DNA of 64,000 bases from a bacterium (GTDB lineage Bacteria; Patescibacteriota; Minisyncoccia; Moranbacterales; UBA2206). The translations under genes and the position numbers were made by a program. Numbering within the stretch: position 1 is the first letter of the stretch; every line of letters starts with the position of its first letter. The notes under the pieces are model-generated. The model did no database searches, had not been told where the DNA came from, and saw nothing but the letters and a program-made list of their open reading frames with translations. Below are positions 1-9,050 of the stretch, piece by piece. Where the stretch lies: the NCBI GenBank assembly GCA_030654225.1, contig JAURXY010000015.1, positions 397-64,396 on the forward strand. Reading direction: 5' to 3'.

Positions 1-440
1 ATATAAATTCCCATATCAGAAATTCTAATCTTGGTTCCCATTGGAAATTGTGGAGGGCACGCGATAGTTTCTTTTTCTTTGACTTTGAGGCCTGAAGCTG
101 TAATTCCATCAGACTTACCACATTCATCAGCGGCGGCAGTATAAGCCGAAGCATTGATGGTGAATTTCCCTTTTGGGTAATTTGCTTTTTTTCTTTTTTC
201 GGCATATCTCTCCAGGGCTTTTTCTCTTTTTGACTCTTCTTCGGTTTTTTGCGGTTCTTTCTCTTTTTTGAATCCTTCAAACTTATTATCATTATAAGCT
301 AGAAAAATATTACTTTGAGAAAAAACAGCTAAGTTTGTTTTTGTTTCATTAGATTCTTCTCCTTCAGCTGCCACTGCCACATTTGAAAAAATGATGACAA
401 TAGCGATTAGAAGCACAAAAGATGCACTAATGATACGCAT
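1..440 (-). CDS. 3D-domain (MltA-like) secreted cell-wall protein, truncated by the window edge
   Basis: Not in the ORF track. Manual translation from ATG 440 gives a signal peptide MRIISASFVLLIAIVIIFSNVAVAA, then ASAYTAAADECGKSDGITASG...IACPPQFPMGTKIRI, typical 3D-domain motifs. Confidence 0.8.
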   Translation of the reverse strand, partial: MRIISASFVLLIAIVIIFSNVAVAAEGEESNETKTNLAVFSQSNIFLAYNDNKFEGFKKEKEPQKTEEESKREKALERYAEKRKKANYPKGKFTINASAYTAAADECGKSDGITASGLKVKEKETIACPPQFPMGTKIRISDMGIY

Positions 441-519
441 GTACGATATTTGAATTATTAAAAATCTACTCTAGGCCAACTAAAAAAGGCTTTTGAGACC
501 CTATTTAATTGACTTAGGA

Positions 520-548
520 GTATAGCAAATTATGGCCAATTAGTCAAT
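520..548 (-). promoter_or_regulatory. sigma70-type promoter of the 3D-domain gene
   Basis: Minus strand TTGACT-17 nt-TATACT. Confidence 0.6.
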
Positions 549-562
549 GGCCAGAAATGCAC

Positions 563-667
563 TTTTGGCTTATTTAAGCCATTTATATTTTTAACTAAAC
601 TTATTTTGGCTTATATAAAACAAAATAAGCCATTTAGGCTTATTTTTGTCTTTTGGCTTATATAAAA
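563..667. repeat. Cluster of GGCTTA/TAAGCC direct and inverted repeats
   Basis: TTTTGGCTTATATAAAA at 604-620 and 651-667; palindrome GGCTTATTTAAGCC 567-580; inverted repeat AAAATAAGCC/GGCTTATTTT 622-646. Confidence 0.65.
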
Positions 668-668
668 G

Positions 669-1859
669 CTATTTCCTCCCAGATAAAATAGAATTTATTA
701 TTCCCTCATCCTGACACTTATATTTATTACTAGCGCTATAGAAACCGCTCTTTGGACCAAAGCAACCCTCATTTTTTTTGTAAAGCGTTGCCATCATTGG
801 CATAAGAAATCCCATATCTTTAGATGAAAAATAATTATGCAAATATTTGAGCGTTTCGGCTCTTTTTTGCCTGTCCATCCTAGCAAAAATACTCATATCA
901 TCATATGGCAATCCACTCCAATCTAAATGCAAAAGGACATTATTAGCCTTTGAGGCATATTTTTCATGCCAAAGAAGCGCCCAACAACTTTCTTTTTGAC
1001 TCCAGCAGGGTCCATTTTCAATTTTTCCATCTTCTCCTATCCCCACCCCTCCTTCGATATAGTCAAACATTCGCAAATATTTTTCATCAGTAATATTACC
1101 CGTTTGCGCTCCAATTACAATTTCAATACCTTTTTCCTTAGCATAGCTTCGCATATCATCCAAAACCTTAAGCATTCTTTCTTTTGTCGGATCAGAATTG
1201 TCTTGCATATAAACTTGTCCAAAAAGAAAACTTTGGATTCCTATGTCTATGGCTTCGTGAGTTATTTGCCTTATATATTCTCGATATTCTTTAGAATTTA
1301 CCCCCGCTTTGCAAGTGTTTCCTCCCCAAATATCTTTTGTATCATCTTGACACATATCAGAAAAATCAAATTCCTTGCCATCTTTTTCAAAAGAACGGTC
1401 CCCTCGCTTAATAGCTTCTGAAATAAACATTCCATAAATTATTCCTGGTTTTTTTATCTGAGCCATAATCTCTGTGGCTTTTTTGAAATCAGGCGTGTCT
1501 GCCCAAGTTTCTAAGGCGCGATGAAGATAGGTGCAATTTGAACGATTAATCATTGCAACGGCACTTTTTGTATCATCACCATACTGCGAAAGAATTCCAT
1601 CTGCCACACAACCCTGATTTTTTATCTTATCCATTGAAATCGGCCCAGGAGTATAAACATATTTGTATTTTGGCTTTGGTAATTCTTCTTCCTTAATTTC
1701 AGTTTTTACGATTCTTTTCGGGATAACAACCAATGCGGGCTCAATTTTTGAAATTTGGTCCATTTTCTCAGAAACCAAAAGCAACAGCACTATCGCCGGA
1801 AACAACAGAATAATCATCCCTAAAAAAGTTTCGACTTTTCTAGTTTTAAGATATGACAA
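669..1859 (-). CDS. Membrane-anchored hypothetical protein
   Basis: 396-aa ORF with an N-terminal TM helix and a Cys-containing extracellular domain; no family recognised. Confidence 0.7.
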   Translation of the reverse strand: MSYLKTRKVETFLGMIILLFPAIVLLLLVSEKMDQISKIEPALVVIPKRIVKTEIKEEELPKPKYKYVYTPGPISMDKIKNQGCVADGILSQYGDDTKSAVAMINRSNCTYLHRALETWADTPDFKKATEIMAQIKKPGIIYGMFISEAIKRGDRSFEKDGKEFDFSDMCQDDTKDIWGGNTCKAGVNSKEYREYIRQITHEAIDIGIQSFLFGQVYMQDNSDPTKERMLKVLDDMRSYAKEKGIEIVIGAQTGNITDEKYLRMFDYIEGGVGIGEDGKIENGPCWSQKESCWALLWHEKYASKANNVLLHLDWSGLPYDDMSIFARMDRQKRAETLKYLHNYFSSKDMGFLMPMMATLYKKNEGCFGPKSGFYSASNKYKCQDEGIINSILSGRK

Positions 1860-2017
1860 AAAACGCTCCCTCCTAGTTGGAACATACCCTTAATTTTCAA
1901 ATTGATTTGGGCTTAAATACATAACACTATTCTATTTATATTATACAATACCACTTAGTTCTTTATTTTACCACAAAAGTTGCATTTAGTATTTTTTTGC
2001 TTCATACTATAATATAT

Positions 2018-2169
2018 TAGGACTTACACATTTGATTGCGGAAAAGATATTAACGCAGTCGCCAGAAAAATAATTTGTGTAAATAATTCTTAATTACTGG
2101 CAAGTTATTGCATTTCATAATCGCTTTCGCGACAAGCATATCTTGACGCGAGCAAATGTGTAAGTCTTA
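2018..2169. repeat. MITE-like element with terminal inverted repeats
   Basis: TAGGACTTACACATTTG (2018-2034) vs CAAATGTGTAAGTCTTA (2153-2169), 16/17 complementary. Confidence 0.65.
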
Positions 2170-2192
2170 TATATACAATTAATCATAAAACT

Positions 2193-3365
2193 ATGGACAT
2201 ATTTTGGGCAAAACCAGAAGATTGGAAAAATTTAGACACTAAAAAAATTGCCACTCCCTGTTATCTAATTTCCGAAAAACTTCTAGAAAGGAATCTTAGA
2301 ATTTTAGATTCCGTACAAAGAAAAACTGGCGCCAAAATAATTTTGGCTCTCAAGAGTTTTTCTATGTTTAGTGTTTTTCCAATAATCGCAAAATATCTCA
2401 ATGGCACTACCGCCAGCTCCCTCTTTGAGGCCAAGCTTGGCCGAGAAGAATTTGGCAAAGAAGTACATATTTTTGCGCCGGCCTACAAGCCAGAAGAATT
2501 TGATGAGATTATGAAACTTAGTGATCATATTGTTTTCAATTCTTTCTCACAGTGGAAAATGTTTAGAAATAAAATTGCATCGTCCAGAAAAAAAATTCAT
2601 TGTTCTTTGCGAGTTAACCCACAGCATTCTGAAGTAGAAACTGCTCTCTATGATCCTTGTGACAAAAATTCCCGCCTTGGGATAAAATTAGAAGATTTCA
2701 AAAAATCAGAACTTTCTGGCATAACGGGATTGCATTTTCATAACCTGTGTGAATGCGGAGCGGATTCATTCAAAAGAACACTAGCTTTTTTTGAAAAAAA
2801 ATTTGGCAAGTTTCTTTTTGAGATGAAATTTGTTAATTTTGGCGGAGGCCATCACATTACTCGATCAGATTATGATGCCGCACTACTTTGCAAAACAATC
2901 AATGATTTCAAAAAGCGTTATCCGCACTTAGAAATTTATCTAGAACCGGGCGAGGCAGTGGTGCTAAATGCTGGAATTCTAATTTCATCTGTTCTAGATT
3001 TAATTGAAAGTAAATCAAAAATTGCCATCCTTGATGCTTCCGCTGCCACACATATGCCAGACACCTTGGAAATGCCCTATCGCGCAGAAATTGTTGGTGC
3101 CAAAGAACCCAAGAAATATCCGCACACCTATCGCCTCGGTGCACTAACTTGTCTAGCTGGTGATATTATGGGAGATTATTCTTTCAAAAAACCGCTAAAA
3201 ATTGGCGACAAATTAATTTTCCTAGATATGGCGCACTATACAATGGTGAAAAACAATACCTTCAACGGCATCAATCTTCCTTCAATTCTTATCCAAAAGA
3301 AAAATGGAAAAATAATCGTGCAAAAAAAATTCGGCTATTTGGATTTCAAAAATAGACTTTCCTGA
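2193..3365 (+). CDS. nspC: Carboxynorspermidine/carboxyspermidine decarboxylase
   Basis: TPCY, LALKSF (PLP lysine), LRVNP..YDPC..SRLG, GLHFH, NFGGGHHIT, EPGEA, HMPD.LEMPY, TCLAGD, HYTMVK..FNG motifs. Confidence 0.92.
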   Translation: MDIFWAKPEDWKNLDTKKIATPCYLISEKLLERNLRILDSVQRKTGAKIILALKSFSMFSVFPIIAKYLNGTTASSLFEAKLGREEFGKEVHIFAPAYKPEEFDEIMKLSDHIVFNSFSQWKMFRNKIASSRKKIHCSLRVNPQHSEVETALYDPCDKNSRLGIKLEDFKKSELSGITGLHFHNLCECGADSFKRTLAFFEKKFGKFLFEMKFVNFGGGHHITRSDYDAALLCKTINDFKKRYPHLEIYLEPGEAVVLNAGILISSVLDLIESKSKIAILDASAATHMPDTLEMPYRAEIVGAKEPKKYPHTYRLGALTCLAGDIMGDYSFKKPLKIGDKLIFLDMAHYTMVKNNTFNGINLPSILIQKKNGKIIVQKKFGYLDFKNRLS

Positions 3366-3424
3366 AACAATTGCAGTTATTCTATTTTCGTGATAAAATT
3401 AATTTTGTTATCCTTAAATCATAC

Positions 3425-3560
3425 AGAACTTACACGCTTGATGAGAAATTACTCATAACTGGCAATTATTTACAAGTATTAGCTTTGAGTAAACCAGCAG
3501 GAATCTAATTTCTATGCGAAAATTACGCTTTAGTAATTTTGAATCGAGCGTGTAAGTTCT
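3425..3560. repeat. MITE-like element related to 2018-2169
   Basis: AGAACTTACACGCTTGAT (3425-3442) vs ATCGAGCGTGTAAGTTCT (3543-3560), 17/18 complementary; shares ACTTACAC ends with the first element. Confidence 0.65.
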
Positions 3561-3573
3561 AATAAAAAAACAC

Positions 3574-3927
3574 ATGCGAGACATCCAAGAAATTTTCAAT
3601 GAAATTGAAACTCTAAAAATTGAACAAAAAGAAATCAGAAAAGATTACAAGGAAACATTAGAAGGCACAGATCACTATGAAGAAACAGTAGAAGAGGCCA
3701 AGGTTTTACGCGAAAAGAAAAAACAAATTGAAGCGACTGTCCAAGGTCAACTCGGCTTACGCTATCAAAGATTTGAAGAAATCAAAGGTAAAATTGATGA
3801 ACTGCAAGAAATGCTCACCGATGTCGCCATGACTACCCTTATGGACGGCAAAACTATTTCAATCAAAGATAGCAACCAAAACGAATACGAACCAGTCTAC
3901 AAAATTACTTTCAAAAAAAGGACTTAG
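3574..3927 (+). CDS. Coiled-coil hypothetical protein
   Basis: 117-aa charged helical ORF followed by a hairpin AAAACCACTA...TAGTGGTTTT (3941-3974). Confidence 0.7.
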   Translation: MRDIQEIFNEIETLKIEQKEIRKDYKETLEGTDHYEETVEEAKVLREKKKQIEATVQGQLGLRYQRFEEIKGKIDELQEMLTDVAMTTLMDGKTISIKDSNQNEYEPVYKITFKKRT

Positions 3928-4142
3928 TTACTTCTTTTATAAAACCACTACTTATTGAATTATCTAGTGGTTTTTAATTTGACTAATATTACTCAAGGGA
4001 GTATTATTTTTTATAGTTGTCAACCAATTAACCTTAACAAAGGAGGTGCCAACATCAGCAAAAAATAGTAGTTCTTTTAGAATTTAATAAAATTATAGTA
4101 TTAAAGAGTATTTTTAGTTTCTGTCAAGAAAGGATACCCATC

Positions 4143-4694
4143 ATGTCAAAAACAAAAGTAGCAGTACTTGTAGATTTAGCTAATATTAGTTGTGCGTTCG
4201 ATATCATAAAGACTACTTATAAGATGGACTATAGAACTAGAATTGATTACAATAAATTAATTTCCGCAGTTACTCTTGGAAGTGAGGTAATTTCAAAATC
4301 CGTTTATGTCGGAACCAAGAAAACTGCCGATGAAAAAGCACAAAAAAGTTTTCTAAATTATTTTTCTAAAAGCGGTTTCAAGGTTGTCACCAAAGAATGC
4401 AAAGTCATTCGCCTTGATGATGGCACAACTAAAAATAAAGCTAATTTCGATGTTGAAATTACGCTAGATACCTGTTGTCATATTTGGAAACGGGAATGTA
4501 GCGAAGTAATTTTGATTTCCGGCGATTCTGATTTTGCCTATCTCGTTGATACAGCAAAGGAATTGGATTTCAAAATAACCGTTGTTTCATCTAAGGCAAC
4601 AATTTCCACAGAGCTGCGTGAAAAAGCAGATCGTCTAATTCTACTAGATGATCTAGACCTAAAATATCTTGCTTTTAGTAAGAACGGCTCATAA
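4143..4694 (+). CDS. NYN-domain (LabA/DUF88, PIN-like) protein
   Basis: VLVDLAN, KANFDVEITLD, ILISGDSDF, S.ELREKAD motifs. Confidence 0.88.
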   Translation: MSKTKVAVLVDLANISCAFDIIKTTYKMDYRTRIDYNKLISAVTLGSEVISKSVYVGTKKTADEKAQKSFLNYFSKSGFKVVTKECKVIRLDDGTTKNKANFDVEITLDTCCHIWKRECSEVILISGDSDFAYLVDTAKELDFKITVVSSKATISTELREKADRLILLDDLDLKYLAFSKNGS

Positions 4695-4708
4695 ACTATA
4701 ATCTTATC

Positions 4709-4748
4709 AAAAAGTCCCCCTAGCTGAAACAGCTAGCGGGACTTTTTT
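4709..4748 (+). terminator. Intrinsic terminator, possibly bidirectional
   Basis: AAAAAGTCCCCCTAGCTG-AAA-CAGCTAGCGGGACTTTTTT hairpin with T-run between convergent genes. Confidence 0.8.
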
Positions 4749-4758
4749 ATTGCTATAA

Positions 4759-5502
4759 CTAAAGAATAGTTTTTTTAATTTGATTTTTTTCATCTGGACA
4801 AAAATCACCAATCTTTTCTAATAGTCTACCCCCGTCACTAAATTCAGTTTGCGCATTCATAAGACAACCGGAAATTGCGTTATGCCCTAGTCCAAGTTGA
4901 TGGCCAAATTCATGCAGTAGTAAACTTGACATATGCGTGTCGAGATTTATTTGAGTATCATTTCGCATACTATTGGAAAGTGAATTTTTAAATATTACTA
5001 TTCCATTTTCTAAAAGTGTTGACCCCAAATTTGCACTATCATCTTTTTTCTGGCTTGCGATAAAAACATAGATGATTGCTCCTTGTGAAGATGGGGAAGA
5101 ATTATTTTTCTCTAATTCTTTTTGCAAATCTCCCATATTTATCGAGGCCTCATATTTGATACCTGGTCGAAATAAATAGATTGTTTTTTTCCCAGTTATC
5201 TCTTCAACTTTTTTTGCAAAAATTTTGGCGGTTTCATCGCTAATTTCCAACCCATTCATAGCAACAATTTTTATGCTTATATTTTTATATCTGTCTCCCA
5301 GATAGTCCGCCTTTGCATCCCCATCAAAATGAAGCCCGAGAGCTTGGCGCATCATTGGATAACGCGCAAACTTGTATCGCAAATTATCATTGAAAAAATT
5401 GCTTCCAGTGTCCAGTGCTGAAAACCTAAAATACATAAAGATGGCTAGGCCAGAAATGGAAAGAAGTAAAATAATTACAAATAGAAATTTTACTATACGC
5501 AT
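4759..5502 (-). CDS. Membrane-anchored zinc metalloprotease (metzincin-like)
   Basis: HEFGHQLGLGH zinc motif, CLMN Met-turn, N-terminal TM; start placed at MRIVKF. Confidence 0.82.
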   Translation of the reverse strand: MRIVKFLFVIILLLSISGLAIFMYFRFSALDTGSNFFNDNLRYKFARYPMMRQALGLHFDGDAKADYLGDRYKNISIKIVAMNGLEISDETAKIFAKKVEEITGKKTIYLFRPGIKYEASINMGDLQKELEKNNSSPSSQGAIIYVFIASQKKDDSANLGSTLLENGIVIFKNSLSNSMRNDTQINLDTHMSSLLLHEFGHQLGLGHNAISGCLMNAQTEFSDGGRLLEKIGDFCPDEKNQIKKTIL

Positions 5503-5557
5503 ATTGATTTTATATCTCAATCCTATCACAAAAAGTTCGCGCTGTCTTTGTTAATAC

Positions 5558-5590
5558 AAAAAATAATCCCGATTACTCGGGATCATTTTT
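5558..5590 (-). terminator. Intrinsic terminator
   Basis: Minus strand GATCCCGA-GTAA-TCGGGATT followed by ATTTTTTG. Confidence 0.7.
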
Positions 5591-5677
5591 CACTGAGCTG
5601 GGAAGTTTACCCCGTAGTTATTTATATACTTCTGGGGTGCATATAGTTCGGACTGGGCTTGGGAAGAAGTGCTTTGT

Positions 5678-6708
5678 GGCTTAATTAAAAATATGGGAGG
5701 CTAAAATTATCAATTTGTGGCATACTAAAGCTACAAATCGACTAATAATTATGAAGCTCCGTAATATGTTTAAAAAAAATGCCCCCAATGCAATTTCAGG
5801 AAAGTAAAAAAGAATGGAAAACGAAGAGGATTACAAAGATACAAATGCCAAAAATGTGGATTACAATTTCAAAGCAAGGGACGTCCAAATAGGGAGAAGA
5901 ATAAATTATGGAATCAGTATGTCTGGGGCAAGCAAACACTAAAACAATTATCAATTACATTTAAGAAGTGTATTCCAGCTATTCAGAAAAAATTAGATAG
6001 TCATGTGTTAGAAAAAAATGAAGTATCTCCACAACCCTTAGTACTCATCGCAGATGTAACATTTTTTGGAAGAAGCTATGGAATATTAGTTTTCAGATCT
6101 CAGTTACTTAAAAGAAATATATATTACAGAGAAATTAAGCGAGAGAATCCAGAAGTTTACAGACAGGCAAAAATTGAGTTAGAAAACAAAGGATTTATCA
6201 TTACAGGCATTGTTTTAGACGGCAAAAGAGGCATACGCGAAGTATTTCCGAATATTCCGGCTCAGATGTGTCAGTTTCACCAAACAGCTATTTTGAAACG
6301 CTATTTGACCTCTAGACCGAAAACAAAAGCAGGACAAGAATTGCGAGCAATTGGATTGGCGCTAACAATTTTAACAGAAAAAGATTTTGAAACATTATTA
6401 AATGAATGGTACGAAAGATGGAAAGATTTTATTAAAGAAAAAACATTTGCCTCCGATGGAAAACATTGGAATTACACTCATCGCAGAATGCGATCCGCAT
6501 ACCGAAGTCTGAAAACAAACACTCCGTTTTTATTCACACATCAAAAATATCCGGAACTCAATATTCCAAACACTACAAATTCGCTGGATGGATTTTTTGG
6601 AAAAATAAAAACGCTCCTGCGTGTCCATAAAGGACTAACACAAGAGCGTAGGTACAAAATTATTCAAGAAATTTTGGAAAAATAGCCTCCCAATTATTTA
6701 ATTAAACC
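5678..6708 (+). mobile_element. Insertion sequence, IS256-family Zn-binding variant, ~1.03 kb
   Basis: 26-bp terminal IRs 5678-5703 and 6683-6708 (22/26 match, GG ends) enclose a transposase; no clean target duplication. Confidence 0.82.
5766..6685 (+). CDS. Transposase with an N-terminal CxxC..CxxC zinc ribbon; needs a -1 frameshift at the A8 run 5772-5779
   Basis: The frame of ORF 6005-6685 is open back to 5774 (CPQC...KKNG...QRYKCQKC). The only upstream ATG (5766) is in another frame. Catalytic motifs DVTFFGR, VLDG, QMCQFH, TTNSLDG. Confidence 0.8.
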
Positions 6709-7013
6709 AGCTTTTCGAAAAGCCTAGGCTCCACCCCAAAGCTCAACTTTTTAGGACGCCTTCATTGAATTTTTTTCCCCGTTATTCCGCGTCAAGTCTG
6801 CGTAAGTCCGCGGTGTAAACACACTAATCTGCAGGCAAGAATCCGAACTAGGAGCTCAGAAAAAGAAACAACATCGAGGTACGACTCAGCCGAAACCAAA
6901 TCGCCCATATCTTGAAAAATGTTTCTATATTGATGACAAAAGATAGAAGTCACCAATTGCCTGCAATTTACTGCTAATCATCTCAAAAACATTAAGTTTC
7001 AAGATGACTTTGG

Positions 7014-7055
7014 AGCATAGCATAAGTTGGAAATTTTGTCAAATGGGTGTACAAT
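7014..7055. promoter_or_regulatory. Overlapping divergent sigma70 promoters
   Basis: Minus: TTGACA (7042-7037)-17-TATGCT (7019-7014) with TG extension. Plus: TTGGAA (7027)-17-TACAAT (7050-7055), 7 nt before the ruvB ATG. Confidence 0.6.
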
Positions 7056-7062
7056 TGGAATT

Positions 7063-8067
7063 ATGATAACAACATCCAACGAACAACCTGAAGACCTAAC
7101 TTTCGATGTCACTCTTCGCCCACAAAATTTCAACGATTATGTGGGGCAAGTTAAGGTTAAGAAAAATTTGGACATTTTGATTCAAGCGGCCAAGCACAGA
7201 AAGGAGTCTATTGAACATGTTTTGCTTTATGGCCCAGCCGGCCTTGGCAAAACAACGCTGGCCAATATCATCGCCAAGGAAATGGGCGTCAACATCAAAA
7301 CTACTTCCGGCCCAGCTATTGAACGCGTGGGTGATTTTGGCTCAATTCTCACCAATCTTTCTGACGGAGACATTCTTTTCATCGATGAAATTCATCGCCT
7401 CAATAAATCCATCGAAGAAATTCTCTATCCAGCTATGGAAGATTATAAATTGGACATTATTATCGGCAAAGGTCCGTCAGCTCGAACTATTCAACTTGAT
7501 TTGCCAAAATTCACTTTGATTGGCGCGACCACCAAACTGGGTTCTATTTCCAATCCTCTCCGCAATCGTTTTGGCGCCATTCATCGTTTGGAATTTTATA
7601 CCAACCCAGAAATCAAAAAAATTCTTGAGCGCAGTGCCAAAATTTTGGGCGTAGTCGCTGACGAAACCGGTCTTTCAAAAATTTCCGAATGTGCTCGCTC
7701 TACTCCTCGCGTGGCGAACCGTCTTTTGAAACGCGTGCGCGATTTTTCTCAAATAAAAAATCATGCTATTATAAACGAAGCAGTAGCAATCGAAGCGCTG
7801 GAAATGATTGATGTTGATCCGCTTGGACTTGAACCCGCAGACAAACATATTCTGCGAGTCATCATCGAGAAATTTAATGGTGGTCCTGTGGGACTAGGCA
7901 CAATCGCCGCCGCTACTTCGGAAGAAATCAAAACCATTGAAGATGTTTATGAACCATACCTAATTCAAATTGGATTTTTAGCCAGAACTCCACGTGGAAG
8001 AATCGCTACTGAAAGCGCTTATGATCATCTAGGAATAAAATATAACGGGGAGAAAAAATTATTTTAA
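7063..8067 (+). CDS. ruvB: Holliday junction branch-migration ATPase RuvB
   Basis: [40 protein letters not shown]; start moved to ATG 7063. Confidence 0.97.
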   Translation: MITTSNEQPEDLTFDVTLRPQNFNDYVGQVKVKKNLDILIQAAKHRKESIEHVLLYGPAGLGKTTLANIIAKEMGVNIKTTSGPAIERVGDFGSILTNLSDGDILFIDEIHRLNKSIEEILYPAMEDYKLDIIIGKGPSARTIQLDLPKFTLIGATTKLGSISNPLRNRFGAIHRLEFYTNPEIKKILERSAKILGVVADETGLSKISECARSTPRVANRLLKRVRDFSQIKNHAIINEAVAIEALEMIDVDPLGLEPADKHILRVIIEKFNGGPVGLGTIAAATSEEIKTIEDVYEPYLIQIGFLARTPRGRIATESAYDHLGIKYNGEKKLF

Positions 8068-8076
8068 AATAATCAA

Positions 8077-8155
8077 TGTCATTCCCGTGAAAACGGGAAT
8101 CTAGTCTCAGGACTTTTAGTTTCTACACTAGATCCCCGCATTCGCGAGGATGACA
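8077..8155. repeat. REP-like doublet (GTCATTCCC...GGGAATC family)
   Basis: TGTCATTCCCGTGAAAACGGGAATCTAGT...ACTAGATCCCCGCATTCGCGAGGATGACA; second copy at 45255-45363. Confidence 0.8.
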
Positions 8156-8169
8156 ATAGCAAAAAAAAT

Positions 8170-8397
8170 ATGTTTTACATTGTCCTCGCTCTTTATGCCA
8201 TCATCCTTATCACCTATCTTTTTCTATTCTTTTTTATCATCTATCATCTTTCTCGCTATTCCATAAATGCCAAAACTAACAGGATAATTTTGCCTATTTT
8301 TATCGTTGTTTCGGTTCTGCTTTTTCTTTCCAATATCATGCTATTTTTTTCGGTTGATTGGAACGCGCTAATTTTAAAACTAATTTTTCAATATTAA
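8170..8397 (+). CDS. Small two-TM membrane protein
   Basis: 75-aa hydrophobic ORF, 4 bp before the next gene. Confidence 0.65.
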   Translation: MFYIVLALYAIILITYLFLFFFIIYHLSRYSINAKTNRIILPIFIVVSVLLFLSNIMLFFSVDWNALILKLIFQY

Positions 8398-8401
8398 TTT
8401 T

Positions 8402-8992
8402 ATGCAACCAACCTTCACTCACTACCATTTTGAAGGACAAAAAAATGGTGAGGAGATTCTTATGGTAATCCATCGCCACTGGTTTAATATCCTTACCCAC
8501 TTTTCTGTGATTTTCTTTATGATACTTTTTCTTTTTGGCAGTTATTTTCTCACTGCTATTTTGTTTGATGAATTTAGCGAGCAACTACTCCTCAACCTCA
8601 CCGCCTTTATGCGTAGTCTTTTTTTCACTTTCCTCTGGTTACTTTTTTTTGCCATCTGGATTGACTACTATTTTGATGTCTGGATAGTCACCAGTGAAAG
8701 AATAATAAACATTGAACAAAAAGGGCTTTTCACTCGCGTCGTGAGCGAGTTGGAATTGGAAAAAATTCAAGATGTCACCACAGATGTTCGTGGAGTTATA
8801 CCAACTTTTCTCAATTATGGTCATATCCTCATTCAAACCGCCGGTGAAAGAGAACGCTTCATTTTCCGAAACGTTCCCGATCCTTATGCTATCAAAGACA
8901 CTATTATGAAACTGCAAAATGAATTGGAAAACAAAGAAGAAAATCAATTCGGAGAAATGCTACGAGAAAAAATTCATCACGAAAATACTTAA
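8402..8992 (+). CDS. Membrane protein with a bacterial PH domain (bPH_2)
   Basis: RHW, two TMs, VTSERII..EQKGLF, KIQDV, NYG.I.IQTAGE. Confidence 0.8.
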   Translation: MQPTFTHYHFEGQKNGEEILMVIHRHWFNILTHFSVIFFMILFLFGSYFLTAILFDEFSEQLLLNLTAFMRSLFFTFLWLLFFAIWIDYYFDVWIVTSERIINIEQKGLFTRVVSELELEKIQDVTTDVRGVIPTFLNYGHILIQTAGERERFIFRNVPDPYAIKDTIMKLQNELENKEENQFGEMLREKIHHENT

Positions 8993-9002
8993 TAGCCTCC
9001 AA

Positions 9003-9038
9003 GGCGGACAGTCCGCTAATCTTAGCGGACTGTCCGCT
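9003..9038. repeat. GC-rich palindrome (REP- or terminator-like)
   Basis: GGCGGACAGTCCGCTAA-TC-TTAGCGGACTGTCCGCT. Confidence 0.7.
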
Positions 9039-9050
9039 TGCTTTGTTTAA

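Larger units (their letters stand above)
5558..7007 (-). ncRNA. Candidate ~420-nt structured ncRNA interrupted by an IS
   Basis: Bracketed by a promoter (7014-7042) and a terminator (5558-5590). No ORF outside the IS. Nested stems pair across the IS (5593-5599/6853-6859; 5644-5652/6842-6850). Confidence 0.5.

Noticed and set aside
441-520. Cyclic-dinucleotide riboswitch upstream of the 3D-domain gene
   Set aside because: Only a single hairpin; conserved c-di-GMP or c-di-AMP motifs not found.
2193-3365. Alternative genetic code (UGA = Gly)
   Set aside because: nspC and other genes end correctly at TGA and long ORFs are intact under code 11.
5670-6716. Target-site duplication of the IS
   Set aside because: Flanks TGCTTTGT and AGCTTTTC match only 5/8.
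5558-7007. tmRNA, RNase P RNA or group I/II intron identity for this RNA candidate
   Set aside because: No tRNA-like ends, no GAGGAAAGUCC, no recognisable intron core or domain V.
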